Notes: a model not told the origin generated them from the letters alone. A stretch of DNA of 64,000 bases from Carcharhinus amblyrhynchos (GCA_965287045.1 OZ336887.1:26660001-26724000); one strand, 5' to 3'; counted from the first letter of the stretch, positions 23,847 to 36,882 are shown. Translations and numbers: made by a program.

Positions 23847-24227
23847 CTGCAAAACACCAATCATATTATTGTGACGCTTAAAGTCACCACAGTCCCAAGT
23901 GTCCACAGGCTGTGACTGGTGGTGTCTTTAACTGGAGGATCACCACACATCAGGTGAGGGGCAATGTTGAGAATTGGGGCCTTCATGAATAACCTGGATT
24001 GCCAACAGACTCATTTAGTATAGTGATACCAATATAGACAAAAAAAGGGACAATTCAAAGATAATATTTGATGTGTACAATACTGTCAGTTTTTCCTCTC
24101 CAGGACCCATTATTGAAGAAAAGAGGAAGGGATTAATGAGGAAAATTTCAGGCCCAAACTTGGCAGAGGGGAGGCAGGTCACGCGGTGTCAGAAAGGATG
24201 GGATGGGAGGTGGGAGGGCATGCGTGC

Positions 24228-24878
24228 AGCGTGCACAGTGCCTGGGGGCGGGGGTGGAGAGTGTAATGTACATGATGGGGGAGGGGGTGTGTAATGTACA
24301 CAGTGCAGGGGGCAGAGGGGTGTAATGTACACGGTGCGGGGGGGGGCGGTGTAATGTACATGGTGCTGGGGGGGGGGTGCAATGTATACAGTGCCAGGGC
24401 GGGGGGGGGGGGGTGTAATGTACACGTTGCTGGGGGCGGGGGGGGGGTGCTGTAATGTACACAGTGCTGGGGGCGTAATGTACATGGTGCGGGGGGGGGT
24501 ACAATGTACACAGTGCTGGGGCGGGGGGGTGTAATGTACACAGTGCTGGGGCGGGGGGGTGTAATGTACACGGTGCCGGGGCGGGGGGCTGTAATGTACA
24601 CGGTGCCGGGGGGGGGGGTGCAATGTATACAGTGCCAGGGCGGGGGGGGGGGGGGGGTGTAATGTACACGTTGCTGGGGGCGGGGGGGGGGCTGTAATGT
24701 ACACAGTGCTGGGGGCGTAATGTACATGGTGCGGGGGGGGGGGGGGGGGTACAATGTACACGGTGCCGGGGGCGGGGTGTAATGTACACGGTGCCGGGGG
24801 CGGGGGGTGTAATGTACACGGTGCCGGGGGGGGGGTGTAATGTACACGGGGGCGGGGGGTGTAATGTACACGGTGTGG
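24228..24878. repeat. G-rich minisatellite (~21 units of ~23-40 bp) in DRG2 intron 1
   Basis: Unit core GTGTAATGTACAC(A/G)GTGC followed by a variable poly-G/GGGCGGG tract. Confidence 0.95.
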
Positions 24879-24905
24879 GTGGTGTATTTTATTCGGGGTC
24901 TTTAC

Positions 24906-24969
24906 CTTTGTTTTTCTGGGTCCGGGAGATTTCTTTCTCGATCTCGGAGATTTTCTCTAAAATCCCCAT
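24906..24969 (-). CDS. DRG2: DRG2 (developmentally regulated GTP-binding protein 2) coding exon 1, 64 nt
   Basis: Minus strand GTC-ATG-G (good Kozak) encodes MGILEKISEIEKEISRTQKNK, then a GTAAA donor; matches the DRG2 N-terminus as I recall it. Confidence 0.97.
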
Positions 24970-25130
24970 GACTGCGGTATTTCAGCGGAAGGTGTATTTT
25001 TGGGAAATTAGCGGAATATTTCCCCAGATTCTGGAAACCTCCCACGTGAGCAAACGCGGAACCGGAACCTGGTGCAACCTGGAACCGGCTCCCCCGCCGC
25101 ACCCGGGAGTTTGATGTCAGACTTCAGTTC
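24970..25130 (-). promoter_or_regulatory. DRG2: DRG2 5'UTR / CpG-rich proximal promoter
   Basis: Local CpG retention, E-box CACGTG (25043-25048) and several CGGAA ETS-like cores directly upstream of the ATG; TSS not determinable. Confidence 0.65.
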
Positions 25131-26240
25131 CGAGTTCTTCACCGCCACAATCTCAGCCTTTGCCTTTTCGACCCTGACATTTCCTTGTCATCGTAATTTA
25201 ATCTTCTCCGCTCTCTAATCGATCTCCAACTTCTTTTGCGTCACCTCCCCCACCCCCACCCCCTTTTCAATAAAACCCATCACACCCCTCCCTTTCTTGA
25301 AAGGTTAACTTTGTTTCTCTACAGAAATTGGCAGACTTACTGAGTTTTTCCAGCACTATTCTGATTCACACGTAAGATCTCCAGCAACCACAGCGTTTTT
25401 TTAAATCTCGCCTTTGTCCTCTATTTAGGTTCTTTTGAGATATTGGACTGATTGCTATTCAAATGTGTGTTTTTGCCTTAGGATCATTAAAAAGTGAGAA
25501 CAGTGTCAAAATTACTATAACACCTTACTGTAGTTATTATGACAAAGTGTGATATCTGCACTTTTCAATCTTCAAGTGATGATTCTGAAACTTTGGCTTG
25601 TCAATTCTCTTGATATACAAGCAATCTTTCACTACTTATGATTGCAAAAAGCACAATATTGTCCAAGTTCAATGAGTCCATAAATGGAATAAGGACTAAG
25701 TAGATTTTATTTGAAATGTTTAACAAACTATATTTTTGTTTGAATATGATGATCAAATTTTGTTGCATTCATTTGCACCAACCATGTGCTTCAAATTACT
25801 TACAAAGCTTTAACAAAAGTACTTCCATCAAAACAATTTAGTTAGATGCAAAAAAAATTGATCATCGCCAATACTTAGTTTTGGATGGGGATCAGAACTT
25901 TGCCCAGTACTAAGTTTTATGTATCATTTCTACTTTTCAATTGTGCACAAATGAGTCTAAGTACTTTGCTTGCAATTTTAAGGCCTTATTATGCCATGTT
26001 GCCACTTTGTGTATCTGACCCCCCCCCCCACATCCTACTATAAAAACTTATTATTCAAGCACTTCACAATTACTTATATCGAAGTTAATATTGTATTGAA
26101 GTGTTGCTCGTGCAGAGATGTTTATCGACCATGGCCTTGTTGGTAGGGATGACCTGTTCAAGCATGATACATTATATATTTTGCACTAAGAGTTTCACCA
26201 CAATCAGTAGAATTGGTCTTATTTACCAAATCAGTACTAT

Positions 26241-26488
26241 GATCATAGAAAATCATAGAAACCCTACAGTACAGAAAGAGGTCATTCGGCCCGTCGAGTC
26301 TGCACCGACCACAATCCCACCCAGGCCCTACCACCATATCCCCACATATTTACCCAATAATCCCTCTAACCTATGTATCTCAGGACACCAAGGGCAATTT
26401 TAGCATGGCCAATCAACTTAACCCGCACATCTTTGGACTGTGGGAGGAAACCCACGCAGACACAAGGAGAATGGGCAAATTCTACACA
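26241..26488 (-). mobile_element. HE1/V-SINE-like SINE (5' truncated)
   Basis: Reverse complement of the body and tail; a shorter tail-only piece lies at 32218-32312. Confidence 0.82.
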
Positions 26489-26779
26489 TGATACCTGACA
26501 CAAAATAAGCTATACAATTCTCATCTTGATTCACAGAACACTTTCACACCATCAGTTCGATACCTATTCGTACTTCACAATATTTTATAAAGCTTCAGAT
26601 GTTCCTGAAGATAAATCTAAAATTGTCCCATTGGTTAAAGCGGTCACGTTGTTGTTTTGTTAAACGTTGATGGGCTCACCATAATATTTTACTGAAGTTA
26701 CTATGCTAATACTGTAAATATTCCCATTCCATTCACTTGAATGCCGAGGAGGTGCCATTAAACTAACATCCAATTCCAC

Positions 26780-26830
26780 TTACCAGAGAGAAAAACAAAC
26801 TCCACAAAGTCTTTCACAAGGAACTTTATT
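26780..26830 (-). terminator. GID4: Putative GID4 polyadenylation site
   Basis: Minus strand AATAAA (26830-26825) followed about 20 nt later by GU/U-rich TTTGTGGAGTTTGTTTTTCTCT; ends a ~2.3 kb stretch after the stop codon in which I recognise no repeats. Other AATAAA hexamers lie nearer the stop. Confidence 0.6.
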
Positions 26831-29086
26831 GGACGTGGTACCCTCATTTATTTCACCACAGATCTAAAACTTAAAAGTTCCTGATGTCTCATGAACAATG
26901 TAATGTAATAAAACATTCATTTCCATGCTCTGATTTATACAATAAAATCAACTCACTTCCAAACCATTAGGTGCTTTCTTTCAAACTCAAGGTATATGGG
27001 CTGTTTCACCCTATTCAGCAGTCCTTCCTCCCACTTACACAACTTTTCATATGTCTTAAATAAAAACGGACTTTCAGCTTATTTATTGGAATTCCAAAAA
27101 TATGTAAAATGCAGAAGAAAAGGAATTCTTGACCTGTGAGAAATTATAAGTTCCTATTTTTCAAAAAGACTGCAACAGGATAAAGTAAAACACTGCCCTC
27201 GCTTTAAGATGTAGGATTCCAACATTAGAGTCCATTTAGATATTTTTAGGAGAGGTTTCAATTAAAACAACACATCAATCAATGCATAATCTTGATCCAA
27301 AGGTGAAAATTCCATCCCATCACTCCCATTTCACGCAAAATACATACATCCCCAGACAATCAGACAGACTAAAGCAGACACACATCTTAATTCAGGCATC
27401 ACATCTTTCTTGGCAAATCAATAAATCATCTATCAAGATTTAACTATGTTTATAGAAGTCACAATGGACAAAAATGCCGGTGCAATAAGATTAGTACAAG
27501 TGGCGGTATTACATTCCTTTGTACGTCATTGGTTCACAATGGTTGTAATAAAAGAATTTTTCTTTAACTTTACATAAAGAGGAAGAGATACCCTCTCCAT
27601 TGGATGTTAAAATGTCCATATTTTGAGTTGCATGAGAATTTCACTATGTTTTATGTTTTGAGATCTAGCTATAATATTGCAAGCTTTGCCATTTTATTCC
27701 ATACCAGATCCCATTGTATCTGTTAGATTTATTTGGAATGTTTGCACTGTCATAACTAGAATTTAACTGAAGTGAATGGAAGGGACATGAAATTTTCATC
27801 AGTCACTTGTGGGCGTTTTAACATCCTGCATATCTAGCCGTAACCAGCTGAAGAAAAATGGTTTTGCACCAATTCATTTAAACATCTATACTTTAAAAAT
27901 TATATTAAATAGGTTGTCCAATTTGGAAACCTCTTTTCCTCTCCACCACCCAATAGTTAAGTGCAACATCCTCCATCAACTGAATAGTCAGACCCATGGC
28001 TAGATCAAAGGTGATTTTCTTTTTCTTTATTAATCTTTTGTGCATACTCAACATGAAAACCCAATGCTTTGCACATACTCTGCACAAAAGCTTTTCCAGG
28101 AAGGGGCAAGGTGGGCTTCAACCTTCAAATGAGAAATGTACTGTGCATGGAATTTCCCACTGTTGTAAGGTGAAGTCAAATGTTTCTGTAAATCCAAAAG
28201 GAATTACATCATGAAAGGCACACAGTATCTTCCGTGAACATCTGGGTTAGCACCAACAATGGAACACCCTCCCTGCCACATAACACAAAAAAATTACAAC
28301 TCAAATGCCATGTGTAGTATGTATTAGCAGGAAATGACAGCCTGGCAACTGCTTTCAAAGGGTTTGGTTTAATCCTCAACTTCTCAATTAGGTCATAGGC
28401 CTTACTAACACTGCCAGGTATCCAATAGATATCTCATTTTAGAAATTCTCTATACAACTTGAGTCTTACAGAAGTCAGTTATTTATTTAGAGTATTTTAT
28501 TTTCACTTCTCCTCTCCCCCAATACTGTTTTGTGATATCTAAAACATATGCTGCTCTCTGTTAGTATAAGGCCACTTCTGTTCTCCCATAAAAACCCAGC
28601 ACAGAACATGTGCAACAGCACCAGTGGAGTAGATTAAAAAGACCATCTAAAGAATCCAAGCTTGATTAGCAATGTATAAAAACAGCAACAGCAAAAAAGG
28701 GGAAAATGAAAGACAATAGCACACTCTTGTCGTGCTATTGCCTCATTAGCTCTTGTACAACAAAGTTAGAACTACAAAAAGAACTCAACAAATCAGAGAC
28801 CAAAATTAAAAATCAGTAAGTGCAGTTTAAATTAGCATTAAAAATGAGATTAAAATGAGTTGTCTTTTGCTCGGTGAAAACAAGCTCCAACAGTCATGCA
28901 CTTGGATTGGATTATTGATGCTCGAGCTCCTCATCGTGTTGTGGTTGGTCTGTCAGCAGCAGAGAAAACAGTAATTGTTCTCATTGTTACAGAACACTTT
29001 TGTGTCTCACTCTCTTCCCCCGAACAGTTCCACCATCTGCCTACTCCCTCTCCCCAACTGTCCGAGGAGGGTTGTATTGATGAACG

Positions 29087-29150
29087 TCACCGGAACTCAT
29101 AGATGGGAGTGCTGTGTTCAGGGACATGTGTCAGGTTTAAAGACTGGTAC
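29087..29150 (-). CDS. GID4: GID4 terminal coding exon 6 (64 nt including TGA)
   Basis: (W)[20 protein letters not shown]-stop; AACAG acceptor. Confidence 0.97.
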
Positions 29151-30389
29151 CTGTTAAACAGAACAAAATACATCAAAACTTAAAGATTTAAACCTATTCA
29201 GCGCTTTTAACATTAAATAAAAACAACTGAATTTAGTGTGTGTGCGCGTGTGACTAAAGAGATCGGAAGACATTAGCCAGGGTTCTTGCTTATTATTCTG
29301 CCCCCTGATGAAAAATTTTCATGAAAGATTGAGCCAGGGAGGAGATTAAGCTCATCTGTGGTGTTTCGCAACACTGTTAAATAGCCTAATTGTACAATCT
29401 AGGAGCTTGCGACAGTGAAATTTCCAAGAATTGTCAATGTCCATTCAAACCGCAACCTTCACAAGGGAAAAGAGAAAAGGCTGGCAGGGAGATTAGAATG
29501 AAAAAAATGTGACTCCTGTACAACATAACTGTTTTATTACCCAGTCTGAAGTTCAGTTTCACAAACTTTTCACCACTATTGGTTAAATGCTTCAATTAGC
29601 AATGTGCGTCACCTCTCACTTTCAATGTTTTACTTTTACTAGTAAATCTTCAGGTGTCATTGTTTGTGGTAAGTCAGAGAATGTATTATTCTCAGAATAT
29701 AGCAACAATAAATAATGTAAAACAACACATTAATCTGCTCCGAAAGTGCAGTGACCTTGCCTCTCAGGCTACTTGATACAGCTGCTCTGCATTCTGGAAT
29801 TGAATGCCATCAGTTCCAGTTCAGATAGGTCATAATTCTGGCTTTGTTCACAAGGAAGCTCATGTCCCTTCACTAAGAGGCAGCAAATGATAAACTATCA
29901 GACTAACCTCAGATAACCTCAATTGTGAGGAAGTTACTACAATCTGTTTTGTTGAATAGTGTGAGTAAACATTTGAATAAATATGGGCTGATGAAGAGTC
30001 AATGTAGTTTAGTAAAATGGAAATCATATCTAACAAACTCAAAAGCAAAGTATTGTGGATGTTAGAAATATTAAATATAAAGAGAAAATACTGGAAATAT
30101 TCAGCAAGTTTGTCAGCATTTATGGAGAGAAAACAAGTTGCTTAGCAGAACACCCCTGTTCAGTCTGCATGATCACCAAGCTTCCAGGTGCTGGTCGTTT
30201 TAATTCTCTGCACTGCTTCCACTCTGACTTTTCTGCCCTTGGCCTCCAACACTGTTCTAATGACTTTCAACCCAAACATGAGAGACAACAGCACATCTTT
30301 TGACCAGGAACCTTACAATCTTCTGGACTCAACACTCAGTTTCATGATTTCTGATCATAACCTCTGCTTCTGTTTTGGATAAAAAGCAA

Positions 30390-31585
30390 GATAGAACCTC
30401 ACGACCTTACCCCTTCCCGTAACGAAAATACCCTGACAACCATTAAAATTTGCTTCCAAGTTGAATCCAACTTGCCACACTTCCCAGGATCCCATAGTTT
30501 TTTCCTTTTCTGTCTGGATTGCCACATTAAAAGATCTTGCTAAAATCTATGTAGATAATTAAATGTGCTACCTTGATTGATCCTTCTCGTGTTACCTCCT
30601 CAAAAATTCAAATCAAGTCAGATATGACCTTCCCTCATCAAATCCATGATGGACTGTCCACAATTAATCCCTGCCTTCCTAAGTGATGATTAATATTGTC
30701 TTGCAGAAATTTTTCTTACAATTTATCTAATACCAAGACTGACTGGCCTATAATTATTCAGTCTTTTCCTTTCCTCCTTTTTAATCAACCGTGCAAAGTT
30801 AGCAGTGTGCCAGCACTACAGCTTTAGTCACAGAAAATGACAGAATGATGGTCTTCTCTTGTTTCACTCAGCAGTGTGGAACACATTTCATCCAGGCATG
30901 GTTAATAATCTACTTCTCCAAAGGTACCAAAACATTTAATATTTCCTTCCTTGGAATATTTATCCCATCTAATATTTAACTTCTCCTTAACTATCTCTGT
31001 GCCTTTTCTGAAGCAAAGTATTCATTAAGAAACATGCCCATGTCTGCCTCCTCCACACATTGGTTCCCTTCATGGTTTCTACTGAGTGTTACCCTTTCTT
31101 TAGGTATCCTTTTGTTTTTATGTACTTAGAAAATACCTTCGGTTTTGACTTTGCTTGTCAATATTTTTAATGCCCTTTCTTTGATTTTCTAATTTCTTTT
31201 CTAATGTCTCCCCTGCACATCATATACTCCAGGCTTTCTGCAGCTTTAAGGTCTTAACACCTGATGCAAGTTTCCCTTTTTTGCTTTATCCTACTCAGTA
31301 TGTTTCTTGACATCCAGGGTTTTGTAGATTTTGGGAGTTCCAGCCTTTTTCTTTGTGGGAACATACTTGCTCCGAATCCTCACTTATTTCCTCTTTGAAC
31401 CCTCCCATTACTCTTATACTGTTGAACCATCAAGTACTTGTTTCTAGTCCACTTTTGCTAAATCACATCTCAGCTTAGTAAAGTATACCTTTTCCCAAAT
31501 ACTCCTGTTTAACCTTTGTCCTTGCCACTATCAACAAAATGCGCTCCCAACGATATCCCTTTTGTCTGCCAGCTTCATTCCCGGG
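30390..31585 (-). mobile_element. Old CR1 LINE ORF2 fragment
   Basis: Degenerate RT/linker sequence homologous to the 51-53 kb element. Confidence 0.6.
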
Positions 31586-31985
31586 GAATGAAGTCACACA
31601 GGGACATTATTTTTTTCAGTGGGAAACAGAGCTAAGACCAAAAGGAGTGAAACCATGATGAACCTTTGCATACAAGGCATGATGGGACTGAGGAATTTGT
31701 TTCCCAAAAAGCTGTGGATTCTGGGGGTTAATTGATCAATAGACTGTTGTCAGGCAAGGCCATCTGAAGATATATAAAAAAGCTGGGTAAAATGCAGCTG
31801 AGGTACAGATGAAAAAAAATTAATGGCTGAGCAGACTCAAGTATTGAACGGCCTCCTCCTGTTCCTACAATTATATGATCAATAATTAGTCAGGATCAAC
31901 TAATTTAATATATTGATGATTTCTGCAATCCTGGATGAATGTACTAAGATTTACTTAGATCAAAATGTTTACTAGTTCCTCTCAC

Positions 31986-32116
31986 CATTCTGAACTCCTG
32001 TGGTAATAATAGCCTTCTATTGAAGCTGTGGATTTTTGGAAGCAAATATAATAAAAGCCTGCGAAGGAAGCACCGCTGATGTCTTTGATTGTGTGATCAG
32101 GGACCAGAAACTGTTC
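31986..32116 (-). CDS. GID4: GID4 exon 5, 131 nt
   Basis: [43 protein letters not shown](W); ACAG acceptor, GTGAG donor. Confidence 0.97.
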
Positions 32117-35100
32117 CTGTTGGTGGAGAAAAAAGAAAAACTGGGTACAATTAAATCAATTTACAGAATAATCTAACAAAATATGCTATCGACTGGGCTC
32201 TATTTCCCAGTATATCATACCATAGAACCCTACAGTGCAGAAAGAGGCCCTTCGGCCCATCAAGTCTGCACTGAACACAATCCCACCCAGGCCCTACCCC
32301 CATATCCCTATATATTGAGAGTTTCTGAATTATTGCACTGAATGAATTTAATCAAAGACAATCGCATTGGCCAAAAAAAGGCTGATACTGTAAAGGAGAC
32401 ATGGTACACTTTGCACATTTAGTGCCAAACAAATGAGGAGACACTTGCATAGATTGGTGTAGTTAAAATACCCTGAAAAGCAATCTGCTTCTTGCATAGG
32501 TATGCTGTGAGGGAAAGCAACTACCATAGAGCAACCACATACAAATCAACAAGTTTTAATGGTGGGGAAACATTACATTAAATTTTCCTTATGAAAAGCA
32601 AAAGTTACAAAAAAAGAAAATGAGAGATAAAGTACTCAAGAAAAATACATTTTTGATAAAACAATGATAAACTGTTTACATACAAATAAGTACAAAGGAC
32701 AAAATGCTTGCTTGAGGCTGCAAAAGCACACAAGTAACTTTCTACATAATGGGGGAATAAACCTGTCCAATAAACTGCAGAATAGCAGCACTATTACATA
32801 TTAATCCACTCTGTTTGATGATTTAATTCCCATCTAAATTACAGCCTTTTAAAATTGAAATTAAAGTATTTTTTGTTTAAAGAATTTGCCCAATATCTTG
32901 CTGGAAAAATTAGTTGTAAAACTTGGCAATCATTTATAAAACTGAAGTGGAAAAGGGGAGTCAAATGCTATGTATGAAAACAATAAAAGGAAGTATCTGT
33001 ATTTATGTAGCACCTCAACATATCCTCAAGATTTCCCAGAACACTTTACAACCAATTTTAAGTCTCTGTTGTAGACACAGATTAACATTTTATCATATTT
33101 TCAGTTTAGATGAAAGGTCTAAGGTGAAACATGAACATATTAGATATCAGACTGGGCTCAAGTCAAAGTACTCTTGCTGCTTAGTTAGAATGTTCTTGAT
33201 TCAAATCCCAATCCAAAGGCCTAAGTATTTATGAAGCCACACTACTCTCAAACGGATGGACATGCTCCAATGTTGGGAGGTGTCTGGCCAACATTTATCC
33301 CCAACCAATATCATTTCTGTTAATCGTAGCTTGCTGTGCATCAACTGGCTTGTTTACAAAATTACAACAGTAGTACATTTCAAAAGTACTTTCCTGCATG
33401 TGAAACACTTTAGGATGTCCTAAATGCAAATACAACAGTATATATGCAATTCCGTTCAGATTCTCTTGCTTTGGTTGCTGTTTTACCAGTCATGTGCTTG
33501 CAGCATTCAGTTTTCATTTCAGATTTTTAGCACATTGATTTGTGTTTACCTCAGCTCAATTGAACTCTCACTCTGCTGCAATTCTGGTAGCAAAAGCCCT
33601 TCTCCTAATCTTGTACTCTTCTGACCGAACCCTTCAGCTTGTGACATTATCTTCAAACTTCTTGTAAGGCTACTTTTGCAACCATTTTTTCAACTGCCTT
33701 CCTTTGTGCTTCTGCCCTCTTGATTCAAAGTTGATTAATTTAAATTGGATAATTAAAAATTATTTTAGCATCAAATTACCACTTTCCTGTGTTATTTACC
33801 TTGCTAAATCTAAATTATTGGATAATACTTTGTCTTACGTAAAAACAACTTCAAATTATCAGGAGTATAGGGATCAGTAGTACAGAAATCATTTATTGCA
33901 ATCTATAAAATATACCATTTCCCATTCCCCCCCTCCACCATGTGGCATTTCAGGCCTCTTTCTCCTTAGAACCGCTCTGATAATAACATGTTGAGCTATC
34001 AAGGCAATAGTACTTTGCAGTACAAAAATTGATCTCGAATCTGTAGCTCTGATGCTCGCCTATAAAATATTACAACTCATATCTCCTTTTATATGAGTTT
34101 AGAGATAGTAACCATTGCAATTTGTGAAACATACTGATAAAAATACATCGACAGATTTGTAACAATTACTGTATTAGTTGTTTTGTTTGTCTAATTTAAA
34201 AGGAACAACATGATCCTATTGGTTATCATTGAACTGAAGTACTGGTCAAGAATCATCTAAATTAGAAAATAGTTCAGTTCATTTCAAAATTGATTTGGAA
34301 CTATCTGAACTGGATAACATTACATAGCAACTCCAAGCTGTAGAGGAACCCTTCTCGACAGCAATACCTGAACAGCTTTGCAGGGAAAGGGACCTGAAAT
34401 GAACAACCTCCACAAAACAGTCAGAAAGAATGTAAGTAAGGACAAAACCTTGCCAAAGAAAACATCATTTAGCTTATTCAGCCCATTTCATCATGGACTT
34501 GCTGCCAACTATCAGCTACTGATCACATATTTTAAAAAGGGGTGCTAAGTTCCTTCCATTTTCCCTATAAAGAAATATAAAGCAAATCTGTTACAATCTA
34601 TAACTTCAATCCCCTTCTCACATATTAATCCAGCTACTTATCTGCTTATAAAAGGTTGTTAATTTATCCTGAAACAATTCCCTTCTCTGGCAGTCTACTC
34701 TACACGTCCACTGTCCTGGTGTGACACTTCTACAACTTATTTTTTTGGGCAAATTGGAGAGTACTACGAATAAAACATACTCGCCTTGACTCCTTTCCCT
34801 CTGTGTGGCTCGTATTTTTAAGGTAGTAAGTACAGACTTTTAATTTATACACTTACTGTGCTGGCAGCCTTTGCGCACGAAGGATACTTTGAGGTCCTGT
34901 GTTTCGGGGTCGCAATCATGGAGGGAAGCTGCTGTGCATCGGCTGGTAGAGGCAGGCATGGCATCCACGTGTTGGAGCAGTTGTAGACGGGACTAAAAAG
35001 AGGTGTTGAGATTTATTTGAGTTGGAGGATTTTTATGGAGCAGTTGCAGAAGGATGAAGTCAAAACATTAATGAGTTCAACATCCTGGAAATCCTTTGCA

Positions 35101-36593
35101 ATTTGAGGCAATTTAGTTTATGTTGTGAAGGAAAAAAGATAACCACGGTTCCTCTGTGTTCTTAGTGCACACGTGGTGGTCGTGGGATAACAGCGCCCCA
35201 AAAGAGTGACTCTGGATGACCTCCCCTCCCTCCTAATGGAGAAGTGCCTTGCCTCTGGATGCCAGCCTGTTCCTCGCTTCCTTTCCACTTCCCTCCTTCT
35301 CTTTCCCACCCCACAAAGCAAATATTATTTGTGGGTTAAATGGAAATTGAGTTTCATAGAAAAAGAGAACTGATCGAATTCATTGATAGTTCAAACATAA
35401 AGTCAGCTTGCCTCATCATAATGCAGCATCACATCTTGAAAGCAAATCAGTACAATGACTGACAGCAATCATTGGAAGTTCAGAAAAAAATTGATTGCTT
35501 GTTCAAATGTTTCTGACGAATACATGAGGTTGCAGTTCTGTTAAAATAAAATGCTCTCAAAGTCAAACACCCTTTTCACTTATAAAGAGAAAAATATAAA
35601 AGCAGGAGTAAGCCATTTGACCCATGGAGCCTGCTCCAACATTCTGTAAGAACATGGGTGATTAGCTGCCTCAGTTACATTTCCCCCATACTATGCTTAG
35701 AACTTTGATTCCCAAAGTATCCAAAAACGGGTCCATTTCAGACTTGAATACATTCAGCAACTGAGTACTCACAACTCCTTGATGTCGAGAATTCTAAAGA
35801 ATTACAACCCCTAAAATGAAGGATTTCGCCTCATCTCATTCCTAAATGGTCAAACCCTTATTCTGAAACTCCTAGTTCTAGACTGTCCAATTAGGGGAAA
35901 ACACCTGCATTCACGCTACAAAGTCCCTTGAAATGTCTGTACGTTTAAGTAAGATCACCTCTCATTGTTCTGAATTATCGTGAGTATAGGCCTAGTCTAC
36001 TCAACCTTTCCTCATTCGACAATTCTCATATTATTGGGATCAATCTTATGAAACTTTATTGCACTCCCTCTAAGAGTAGGAGATCTAAACTGTACGAAGT
36101 ATCCAGATGTGGTCTTGCCAAAGCCTTGTACAATAGCACTGAGACTTGGTTACTCTTCAATACCTTTGTAACGATGGATAAAATACTGTTTGCTTTCCTG
36201 TTGCTTGCTATGCCTGCATAGCAACTCTGTGATTTGTGTACAAGGACACCTAATGTTGCTGGATGCCAACATTTCCTAGTTTTTCACCAATTGAAAAATA
36301 TTTTCCCAAAATGGAAAATGTCACATTTCTCTACTTGTATTCCATCTGCCAAATTTCTTTGAATTTACTTAACATGTTTGAATCCTTATGCAGTATCTTT
36401 GCATCCTTCTCATAGCTGTTTTTTTCCTATAAGGACACAAGAGATAGGAGCAAGCCTAGACAGATAGCCCATTGAGCCTGCTCCGCCATTCATACAGTCA
36501 TAGCTAATCTCAGGCTTCAACTACACTTCCTGCCCAATTGCATATCCTTCAATTCTCTGAGGGACCAAATATGTATTTATCCCCAGCCTGAAG

Positions 36594-36882
36594 TGTAGGT
36601 ACAGCATCCTTCGTCTGCAAATCCAAACAAATACAAAAATGTTCTAAAACATCATCTCATCTGAACTAATTGATTTTTAGTGCAGGAAGTCAGTGACCCT
36701 GATCTGACACTAACCTCACCGACCATAACCTGTATTTATTATTCATCTGACTTTTTAGCCATTTCATTTGCTTTAAACTATAACCAACTGAAGCCTCAGC
36801 CTTTGATACACAGTATCAAAAAAACCAAAGCGATCTCAAATGCGGATCGCAACAAGCCTTGAGGGTTTTAGATCAGCCTGTA
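36594..36882. mobile_element. Degenerate Tc1/mariner (Tigger-type) MITE candidate inserted in CR1
   Basis: Ends TAGGTACAGCATCC... and ...GATCAGCCTGTA interrupt otherwise contiguous CR1 3' sequence; TIRs are degraded. Confidence 0.35.

Noticed and set aside
24073-24871. Long proline-rich ORFs (190-230 aa) in three minus frames
   Set aside because: They are translations of the intronic minisatellite, open because the C-rich strand lacks stops.
24228-24878. CRISPR-like array (constant core with variable spacers)
   Set aside because: The spacers are only G-tracts, the context is a eukaryotic intron, and there are no cas genes.
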